Below are positions 12,026-23,100 of a DNA stretch of 64,000 nt, piece by piece. Position 1 is the stretch's first letter; each line of letters begins with the position of its first letter. The DNA comes from Tubiluchus corallicola (lineage: Eukaryota; Animalia; Priapulida), in the NCBI GenBank assembly GCA_030141605.1, contig JAQGDQ010000041.1:558001-622000 (forward strand), given 5' to 3'. The notes under the pieces were generated by a model, which saw only the letters and a list, made by a program, of their open reading frames with translations, searched no databases and had not been told where the DNA came from. A program made the position numbers and the translations under genes.

Positions 12026-15000
12026 ATGGCAGCTCCCACAAGTGAGACTGTTGTATTATCTGAAGCTGGAAAATCTATAAAAGGGATTATTTCTGATATT
12101 GCTGGAGTTTTGTATGACAGTGGTGAAGGAGATGGAGTTGCAATTAATGGCTCAATTGATGCACTAGCAAAGTAATTATGTTTTATTTACATTGTTCACC
12201 GATGGGAAACTTGTCCCCATAAAGTGTTAAAGCCCCATAACTTGGGCATAAAGAAAACCGGACGATTGTGTAAACATTAGTTCAGAATAAAGAATGCTCT
12301 AAAATATTGATAACTACGATGGTTTTTAAATCAAAGCTTAGATTAAATAAAAATTACCTCGGATAGTTGAATTTTTGTCAAACTTTCAAAGCTGCGCGCG
12401 GCTCAGTGAATCTACTAAGATCGGCAACGGCGCCTTTTTGTCACATTCCTTGACCGTGATAACCATGACCATGAACTGCAGTGTTAGTTTCTGACGTCAT
12501 ATGACGTAGAGCCATTTTCGTGACAACTTGCGTTTAAGCAGTAATACTTATGCAAACGTGCTTGACGCGCTAGGGAAGATGCCTGCCATTGCACAAACTG
12601 TGATTAGTTTCTGATGTAAGCAGTAGCTGTGTTCAATTGCTGTTAATTAACTTTCTAAGCTAACTATTCAAATTTAAAAAACAATTGCTAACTTTCATGG
12701 GCAAGAAAATCTATATTTTGGGCAGTAAATTAAAATGAGAGGGAATCTAAACAATCGTCCGGTTTTCCTTTAAATCGTCAATGGCTTAACAGTTTTGTTG
12801 GAAAATGATTACTTTTCTCTCGACCTTCTAAGCCTCTTTTTGGACATTGTTTGTTCCTTATTCCCAAATGAACATCTGCTCCAATATGTTTTGGTATCTG
12901 TGTTTTTTAGTTTTATTTAGTAAACATGTGCCTCTACTGCCCTGTTTCTGTTATTTTCCTTGAGAAAGCAAAAGTGTACCGTGAAACCATGAGGAATCAG
13001 TTTAAGTCAAGAGAGTTGAGAGTCCTGTGGAGGTAAGACACCATGATGACAAAACAACCTTCATTTTCGTGACATCTCTAAAACAACTGTCAACAAAATA
13101 TAGAATTGGTGTGAATAATTGTTTACGTGTTTTACAGAAAGCAAGGGTGTTGCAAAAGAAATCACCTACTTATAAAGACAATGTATATTGAACCTGATCT
13201 TACTTACAAGCAACACCAAGAAAGATATAAAAATAGAGTTGCTAAGCATCAATCTATAAAAGCAAACAAGCTGGAAAAATCATTACAAGTAACTGTCGGT
13301 GCAAGGTGTGCCACCAAACAGGCAGATCACTTATCACAAGTTTCGATCTCGAGCTCTAGTAACTACGAAACTATCAACTAAGAGATGCAAACGATTCAGC
13401 AATCAAACTAATCGATGATTAGTTAAATGACACCGTGGGACACCCACCCCATGTTGATACATCTCGTTTGTACATGCAGAAACATTTTACAGCAAAAACA
13501 TTAACTTCGTTTATACCAATGCTCTGAGTTTAGCAAGTAAAATCACTGATCTAGACGTATACATTACCTGGCACAATCCTGATGTAGTGTCTATCATGGA
13601 TAATTGGAGATGAATTAACAATTCAGACTCTCTTTTTGAATTTAAAGGATACAAATCATTTAAACGCAATGCTAACCTTTTAAGTTAAACCTGTTAGTTT
13701 GAGATTAAAAAATCGTTAGATCTGGCAATATGATTGACCTCTGGAAAACTGAAATCACAACAACAGCTTGATAAAAAAACATAATAAAATCATTTTTTAT
13801 TTCTAAATTTTCCTGGAAAAATTTTCGATTCTTACCACATAATATTTCACATTTCACATTTCAGTGATAATGTCAAGGAATGATGTTTGAAATATACATT
13901 TTTTTGCAGTTAAAGTGGTTAATTTCCAATCTGTTAATTACTATGGTAAAAGTTCATTTTTATTAAAAGTAAAAAATTGACTGAAAATTAAAAACCTATT
14001 GTCCACCAAAATTTGCTATAACCAAGAATACTTTCAGATTGAAACAATCTGGGATTCCACTGCGACTTTGCACAAATTCTACAGAAACTACTAGAGCTGA
14101 ACTTGTGAAAAAACTAAATCGCTTAGGTTTTGCCATTGAACCAAAAGAGGTGTTTGCACCTGCTCCCGCCATGTGTAAAGTTCTCAAACAACGTGGATTA
14201 CGCCCACATTTGCTTATAACGGAAGGTAACTTATATATACAACTAAATGCTTTCCTGTCTGTTCTACATCCCATATAGTTTATCTCCATCTTATACCAGG
14301 GGATAAACAACTTCCTTATAATGTATAAAAATTCTTAAAAGTATAATAAATAAATTACTCATTTAATTAAATTGCAAAACTACCTCAAATTTTTGTCTAG
14401 CGACACTTATTAAGAGTAATAAATTGATTTTTTGGCTCTTTCCATTTCCATGTATATTAGTCACTAACATTTACCTGTTTATTACTGTTTATCTTTTTAG
14501 CATTGTATCCGGATTTTTCGGAAATTGATCAGAGCAATCCAAACTGTGTTGTGATCGGTGACGCAGCTGATGAGTTTTCGTATAAAAACCTCAATAAAGC
14601 ATTTCAACTTTTGATGAGCTTAGAAAAGCCTTTGCTGTTTTCTTTAGGAAAAGGGTAAGAACAACTATCATTAACAGATTCTCTGTAGCTCACACTAGTG
14701 AGTCCAAATATTGTTGCACAGTTGTTGCTACTCAGCTGGCAAAGCTTAGTTGGAAGGCAACAAGACTGAAGAAATTTAGTTGAAAATTAAGCTATCACTT
14801 ACTGGTAAGATCACTTTAACATCTGAGGCTCTTTAAAGATATTACTAAATGCATGTTTCATGTACAAGTTTTGTACAGCAATGTGATATGAATATTTTTG
14901 GTGATAGAAGATGAACTATAAATATACTGAACAAGTCTATTGCCCATGATTTAGGAGAATAAGCACTGTATGCTATTGCATAATATGTGAAGTCTTGTAA

Positions 15001-18000
15001 ATAGTGTATTTTTTGTATATTGCAGTTTCTTTGATACTGCAAGTTTACCGTGTGTTTTCACCAGTTTTTACCGTGGGTTTATTGCAAGTTACACAGTGTG
15101 TTTGTGTTAAAGTTAGCTTAACTTTTTCATATTTATTTATTTGTAATGCATTTTTATAGGAAATATTATTTTGAAAGTGACGGTTTACTGAAATTAGATG
15201 CTGGACCTTTTATGAAAGCTCTAGAGGTATGCTGCTACTATAGAATAAATCATTAAATGTGAAATTGAATTATATGCTTGTTAACAGTGTTGCTAAATAA
15301 ATGTGTTAAATGTACTGTGGCAAAACAGTCTTTTTAATGATCAGTGATTCTCTTTTAATGGCAAACTTGAACTCTTTTTCAAGAAAATATAACATGCTAC
15401 GATGTTTTGTGGTAGTTGTTATATTTATTTCATATGCACATACACATTTCAGTTTTGATAGTTTAGAGCTTAGCTATACATCATTTAAGAAAATAATAAA
15501 AGTTAAAAAATGTTGCAATGTTGAAGCACGATAGATCCTCTGGTCGCATTTTGACTTCTTCTTTTACGATTATAACCATGGCAAGTCGCAGAGGAGCACA
15601 ATCTTATATTCAAGCTGAAGGGTTAGAATCTTTAGGAAATGTAGTGCCTGCAGCAAGCAGAATTTGAAAACAAGTGGAGAAACACGTGGTTTAGTAACTT
15701 TTCAAGTACAAGTTTTTTAGTACAATGTCATGAGAAATAACTATGGCAGGATTTTCAGCATTTTTTTTACTGGAAAGACACATTTTGCTGGACAAAATTC
15801 AACTTCTTTAGAACGTTTTGCGAAAGTCTTCCTTATCTTGTAAGATAGTGCTAAATTAAATGATTTCTAGCATAATAAATGACCATTTAAGGAATTGTCA
15901 TTTGTATTAATTTTGACCATTTCTCTTGTTCTACAGCTGACAGCCTTGAACTGCAAAACTATGTTCCTTAGAGAAACTACAATATAGTGTTGATGATTTA
16001 TTTTGTTAATTCCGCTATAGATGGGTGTAACTATTGAATTCAGTTTTTTCCCTTCTAACTTGTTGCAGTACGCATGTGATATAGAAGCAGAAGTTGTAGG
16101 AAAACCTACATTTCAGTTTTTCTCTGCTGTTCTAGAAGATATGGGGGTCAAAGCATCTGATGTAAGTAATGAATGTAGATGATATTTATTTACATTTCAC
16201 CATTATGCTATTTTAAATTAAATGAAAGCCACTAGGATGTACAAGCATTTGCACCAAAATTTTTTTGAGTCTCAGTGTTTAGCTTTATTGGTTGTCTACT
16301 GTTAATCTAAGCAGCTATTAGGGACTTGAATTGTTTTTAATGTCTTCATAATTTTGTTTACATAGAGATTGCTTTACTATGCTGTTTAGGTGTATTAATA
16401 TAAACTGTTTAAGCATATTAATACCGTCTTAGCCAGGGGTCTCCAAATTGGTCGATATCGACCCCTGCAGGTCCATGGGACTATCCAAGGGGTCGATAAA
16501 TGCCTAGAGGTCGAAAGGGGGTTGATAAATGGTGGGGCTGTTTTTAGTTTTAGGGTCGAAAGCTGTTGTTCGTGTAATAAATCAAACTATATGAAATGTA
16601 ACTTGCTGATGCATGTTTCTAATATATATGTATAGTTAGTTTCTATTGTCTTCTTTTTTCTTTCTGTTTGGACGGGAGAGCATTTGGTAAGAGGAAGTTG
16701 AGTGATGTCATAGTTATGAAACATGCACCAAATGAGAGCAAACAGATTCTCCTCTCTGTTTATTTTCCAGTATTTCCTGTGACGTATTCATTTGTCATGA
16801 TGTGATGGTGTGTTATGATGTGTATTTCAATAAGTTTGAACACTTTTATGTTGAATTCCAACATTATATTCAATATTTTGTGCATTGCTTATGATTTCCA
16901 CATTAACAGTAAACAGTTTTTTCCTTTTTGTTGCCATATTCACAGGGGAAAGGGATAAATAACAACAATTTTGGAGGACTTGGTATGCGGTTTCCCTTAT
17001 TGATGCATATGGAAAGCAGCGTTTGGTATGCGGTTCCCCTCAGTAATGTATATGGAAACTGCACATCTACTTAATTATTATTAATATTTATTTTTTGTGT
17101 ATGCCTGGTGGTCGATGAGAAATCAAGGATTCCATGAAGTGATCAATGATCTAAAAAGTTTGGGGACACCTGGTCTTGGTGTACACAATCAATGTTACTT
17201 TTTGTACATGTTTGTAATTAACATTTTATGTTATGTTTCTAGGCACTAATGATAGGTGACGATGTTGTAAGTGATGTAGGAGGTGCTCAAGCCTGTGGTA
17301 TGAAAGCTGTGCTGGTGCGAACTGGAAAATATAGGTATGTTTAACATTATAATTAATTTAGTTACTTTTTGCAAATAAGTAGCGTCACACGTATTCTACA
17401 AATCTATTATAAAAATGTTGGTCACACATCACGCACTTGCTTCTCTACCTCATTGAAGTACTTATTTGTTAGTATGTCTAATTACATCTAATGCATTATA
17501 GAATATGTGTAAAAAACGGGTGCAAATTTAATGCTTTTTCTATCAGAAATGCGGACAGGTAGCTTAAAGGTTCCCATTTTTCCATTTTTTCTTTATGTAT
17601 AGAGATCCTTTTGCAACATTAATTTTGTACAGCAATTTGACAACATTACATAAAATTTCTCCTTATACACCTACTTAGTTTTTTTCTGCCAAATCTGTAC
17701 TTAACAAGATATTCCTCATTTAACTCACTTGCACAATAACTCCCAAATGACATGCTGTCAGTACACATATATTATTTAGATGCCATACGTGCTGCATGGC
17801 TGGCAAGTAATTTTATCCAACGGTGTCATAAGAAGTGAATACAACAGAGCTGTTAACAAGCAAAAATCAACTTTTGACAATTTTACAATTTTGTGTACGC
17901 TGGACTTTGCTGACTGTGTAAGTCAACTCGGAAACAAGATTTCATTAATGCGGCGACATACTAAACATGGCAAGCTTAATTTACTGCTATACAGTCGACT

Positions 18001-18448
18001 GCTGCCTTTCCTCGGGTGTGTTTACTAGAATTTCTGTGAAGACCGGCATTAAATTTGCACCCTGAAAATGACACCATATTTCTGTAATAATAACTTTGTG
18101 TATTTTTATTTCAATTTTTTGTCATATATATATATATATATATAAAAAGCTAATTTCATTAAATGGAAATATAGCTGAATTTGGAGATTTGCTGTCCCAT
18201 CGTTTAGTATACTACACTTTATTTGATTGTAAGTTTCCTAGATATCACATTTATAATTTCATAGATGCTGTGCTATAAAAGTACCAACATCTGAAAGTGT
18301 ATCATTATTCTTATATTTGTATGCCCTGTACTCAACATTTGTTACTTTCAGACCATCAGATGAGAAACGTACAGATATTAAACCTGATGGTGTCGTGGAT
18401 AATTTAGCTCATGCTGTTGATTTATTGTTAGATAATTTAAAAAAATAA
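12026..18448 (+). CDS. LHPP: Phospholysine phosphohistidine inorganic pyrophosphate phosphatase (HAD class IIA), 7 exons, 278 aa
   Basis: Exons 12026-12171, 14038-14225, 14501-14654, 15160-15226, 16069-16161, 17243-17334, 18352-18448. All introns are GT-AG, phases are consistent, total 837 nt. Motifs: [12 protein letters not shown] (human LHPP DISGVLYDSGAG), [68 protein letters not shown]. An alternative in-frame ATG lies at 12005. Confidence 0.96.
12252..12769. mobile_element. Non-autonomous DNA transposon, Kolobok-like, in LHPP intron 1
   Basis: Terminal inverted repeats AG(G)AAAACCGGACGATTGT ... ACAATCGTCCGGTTTTCCT, flanked by ATAA (left) and TTAA (right). RR...YY ends with a TTAA target duplication are the Kolobok signature. 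Confidence 0.75.
13050..13680 (+). mobile_element. Decayed CR1-group LINE fragment (end of ORF1 and start of the ORF2 APE endonuclease) in LHPP intron 1
   Basis: ORF1-like [18 protein letters not shown], then from about 13495 [57 protein letters not shown]. This resembles the CR1 endonuclease consensus YTNARS..NK..EL......DVI.ITETW....GY..FR.DR and has an in-frame stop. Confidence 0.75.
16434..17172. mobile_element. hAT-type MITE (739 bp) in LHPP intron 5
   Basis: TIRs CAGGGGTCTCCAAATT / reverse complement CAGGTGTCCCCAAACT (13/16). Decayed 8-bp TSD GTCTTAGC (16426-16433) / GTCTTGGT (17173-17180). Subterminal GGTCGA repeats. Confidence 0.8.
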
Positions 18449-19363
18449 ATTGCTTGTTTATTCTGATAGTTTTTTTGTTAGCTATTGACATGAAAATACA
18501 GCTTGCTGGTCTTCGTTAGGCTTGGTGACACTATGTACAGTGACATGATCTTGCTGTCAAGATCACTCATTATACAGGGACATGTACTGCATTGTGCTGT
18601 ACTAGAACACTCGGCATTATGCGCTATATAAATGCTGTGTTAAAATGATGAGTTTGTATTCTGAAAAGAAATTTTTTATTATAAAATTGAGCACATGATA
18701 GTCAGTAATGTACAGAAAGTATTAATGCTATACATTATAATGAGGTTTTATTTTTGCAATGGTTAAATTGTTATGGAATGCTTAAATATTATTGTGGTCC
18801 TATATATAACAAAGATAAACACCAAAGCAGCCATTGCTGTCATATTTCATCCAAAATATTATGGGCAATTTATGAACTACACAAATCATAGTGCATATTA
18901 ATTTAAAATGTTTGTCATCTTCATTTGGAACTTCTAGAAGTGACATGTTATTTTAACCTTCACATTGTTGGTAGAAAATTGTGTTTAGTTTACAACACCG
19001 CGTAGTTTTCATTATTCTACTGAATGACTGTGGTACATAATGTTACAACTTAGTAATGTTGTAAATAAAAAATAACTTGTAATTCATTTTTCCAAGAAAT
19101 TGCGAACTTTTTCTAAGTAATTTTGATGATGGTGAATCACAGACAGCAACCTGATTCTCATTAATTTAGGTTTGAGAAAAATTTACATAGAGCAATTGCT
19201 TTAAAGATATGAATTTTGGGGAAAAAAGTTTTAGTGTTCATCTAATAATTATGAATCAAGATTAATTTCTTCTATCTGCTATTCATAGCTGTATGTTTGT
19301 ATATAAATAGATCACTAATTAACATGTGTCATGCCTTTTGTTATATTAAGTCTGCAAAAGTTG

Positions 19364-19369
19364 AATAAA
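19364..19369 (+). terminator. Probable LHPP polyadenylation signal
   Basis: AATAAA followed by a GT-rich tract (ttgtatgtgttt). A second AATAAA is at 19064-19069. Confidence 0.45.
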
Positions 19370-20157
19370 ACACGTCTAAATTGTATGTGTTTACGCTTTA
19401 AATTTTTCATAGTATTAGTAAATTTGTTTCTTTGGTGATAAAACGCTGCTGTAGTTACTGCTGCTGTAACCTAGAAATTGGTGATGCTGGGTGAGTAAAT
19501 GGTTTATTAATAATTATTATTTGATTTGTGGCAATTGGCATGAGTTTTTCTAAACAAGTTCTTTAGGTTCTAAAAACTTTTGCAGGATTAGTACCTAAAC
19601 TGAATACCAAGACTAAAAATACCAGGATCTAAACCATAAGGCTACCTAATACATCACTGAGTAAACTATTCTACTGTTGGTTTACTATTCTACATTATTG
19701 ATTGACAGACAAAGTAGGCCTGTAACTTATTACTCTTACCGGGGATACACAGTGGTTGCCTAGTACCCTTGCATGTACTGCTGAGCACTTGCTAAATTAA
19801 TATTGATTGCTGTGCATTTTACAGGCATCCAAACATTCTTGGTGGGATTTTGATTGTTTTTTTGCCTCAGTTGCTCATTATGTGGTCTAATTATGCATCA
19901 GATAACTGGACATAATTAATAATTTGTGAGCATTATTATTCATGAATTATTGTTAGTTTGTTAAACTGCTGTTGTGCTTCCTAAGGATAGTTGTTGTCTA
20001 AAGTAGCGCATAATGCATTACATGTTCGTTATAATTATATTGCACTTCTATTTTTTCGTATTCTATTTTTATACACAAGTGTTTCGGGATGTAGAGTTGC
20101 CATAATGGTGCAGCTACTAGACATGAATTAGAAAGGTTATTCACGAAATTTGCCACG

Positions 20158-23100
20158 ATGAGTTCTCGTAAAGTTTATCCTGAAAATGGTGTGCTCCCTG
20201 GGGCAAGTAAATCAACCGAAGACTTTGCTGATGCAGCTTCATCTGTCTTGCACAGTCCTAGCGAAGTCATCGGTATAGCTAGGGTAAGTTATTTGAGCAT
20301 TAATTAGCATTAATTTAGTTGTTAATTAATTAGGTATGAAGTTATAAATAATTAAGTGACTAAATAAATCCATCATGTATCAATCTTTTTACAAAATCCT
20401 TGAAAACTTAACATTTTGACAGAAACATTAAACTTTTTAAGTGTGCAATTTTTTGGCAGTCACTAGTAGCAACCCTTCTATACATGGCTTTTGTTTGTTT
20501 TTAGTGTAATTTTTAACTAATTAGCATGTAAAAACCAGCAGTGAATTTAATAAACATAGATGTCTTTTAACATGGTTTACAAATAAAGAATGAAACTTAT
20601 AAATGTTAAATAACTACAGTCAAATGCACGCAAAATTATGCAATCAGTCACAAGCCTAAAACGGACTATGCTGTTTTAAACTTTAATGTCAGAATGGACG
20701 TTCTTACTGTCATTCCTTGTGAAGAAATGCTAGTTTTACAGTTTTAAAAACCTGTGAGTTTCATTTTGGAAAACTTCCTGAACATATCTCATAGATTTAG
20801 TGATAATTTCCAAATCTGCTACTTCCTGCATCAGTATCCATAATTTCTCCTGTTAGGAATTGGGACATCCTGTGTACCTTATTCCTTGTGCAATCTGTGA
20901 CTTGCAGCACACTTTGATTATTTTGCAACTGCAATCTGCAAGATGTAGTGAAGTTCATTATTTTTGTTTTTTTGCGATACGTTTTAAAGAAGGCTTTATT
21001 GAAGCCACAACAAGTCATTTTTTACGTTATGTTTTCTGTTCACCCTAAACAGTAGATCAGCGTGCCAAGTAAGGGGATACATTTTGTGTTTGCTGAAACA
21101 GTATCAGGTTTCAAAGTCTACAACAGAGCTGTCACATTTTTCTAACTTAATGTTAATGCCTTTTACTTGTTTTCATATCAATAACTGATTTATTGGGAAA
21201 TCATTACTATACTTGCACAGTATTTTAGTTAAGTACAATTACGTAACGGGTTGTATTTTCAGAAATCACTGATGCAGTGGCTAAAGTCTCACATTTTCAA
21301 GCGTTCCTGCAATCATTTTATTCCAGTCACAAGGTATTATTTTACAATATTCATTTAGTGATGATGTGCTTTGTATCAGTCACTCATAAACACGAAAATT
21401 TGAAATGACGTAAAAACTATTCAGTCTTATTTGGATATATAGTGCATGATTGTAACAAGGACTAACAAGGACTTGCATAATTGGTGTAATTATATACACT
21501 TTTACGTCTCAAACAAACTTGCTGTAATTTGTGAAATTTTTTATAGGATTTAAGATTGTTCACAGGTATGCTTGATATGGGAAAAAATGTGCGCTTGAGA
21601 TTGAAGTGCCCTAAGCTGATAATTTAAAGTCCTACTGGCCTCTATTATGAATGTTTATATATAAAGCGCGATGCACAATTATTTGGGACGTAATAGAAGT
21701 ACCTGCATGGGTAATTATGCATTTGCATAGTTCTTATAGCTAAGCAGCTGCTCAACTGCTTGTAGTATAGTATTTTTTATATAATAATTGTAATTGCTTG
21801 TTATATATATAATATATATATATATATGTATAATATAGCTTTTATATAAATTTTTTTCCATAACTGCCTGTAGTGTGTTATAAAATATGCCCCGTTACAT
21901 GAATATGAATGGATACACATTTTCCAAAGAGAATATGATTTTGTTAACATTGGGCCCTACAATCTGACGCCGTAGGCTATACCTTAGTGAACTTATTGGT
22001 AAATATGCCTTGCATTCATTGATGTCACAATAATGACACTAGAGATATTTTTAAAATGATATTAAACAGTAAAGACTCTCCACAGTTTTTCTGTAGGAAA
22101 AAATAGAAGTTTTTAAGTTTTTTGTACCCAAGTCCCTGTAGAGTGCATAGTTCTTCATCAATTGACTGCTTGTGTAGGTCTTCAATTGTCAAAAGTCTTC
22201 AGGTGTCCAATTAAAAAATTGCAGACTACTCTGTTGTACTTTATACTGCAATTTAGTGCAAATTTAAAACTTTATCCAATTTTCTTAATTTATTAAAGGA
22301 GGATATAGCTAAACTAGAACTAATTTGATGCCGCTGAAGTATTTTTCAATGGTAAATAACATTTGCTAACTTCTTCCCTATTTCTTTCATCTGTCAGTGG
22401 ACACAGTTTGTGCATTTTTTGTAATTTAAATAGTAAACGGTATGAGCTGTGTAAATGCGGACATGAACGAGAACAACACAATACAACTCATTGTAATTTC
22501 TCGGCAAATGACGATGAGGTTTGGGATCCAAACTCGTGTACTTATCGATCACCTACAGATACGTTTGGTGAGATTGCATTTGTTGGCTATGGACAGCGCA
22601 TTGGAAAGGTTAGCCACATTTATTTATCCATGATTCAGAGTTCTCTGATTTAAACCTGCTCTCACTTCCAACTTTTGACATTTCCTTTTGTCTTCAAGAT
22701 CAGAGCAAAAAAATTATGCACAACTAGAGTAATAAAATGCAAATAAAGTACAACATGTTTAAGCAAGTGAAAAATAGCATTTAAGCATTTACATGATCAT
22801 TCTATAAAAAGTGAAACCTCACAAAGATCTTTACTGTGGAGCATATTGTTGTAAAAATGAAATTGCTTCTGCCATCTTGCTTATGATTGTTTTGTCGCTG
22901 CAGCATAAAAAAGCCACAATGTTACATATACATTGTTATTGTTGTTTTCAGTATGTTCGAGTTGAGCATGAAACGAACATGGACACCATGATAACCTTGT
23001 TGAAAGATGTTTGGAAGTTGAAAACGCCTAATCTCTTAATCTCAGTTACTGGTGGAGCAAAAAACTTTAGCATGAATCCTCGATTAAAGCAAGTGTTTCG

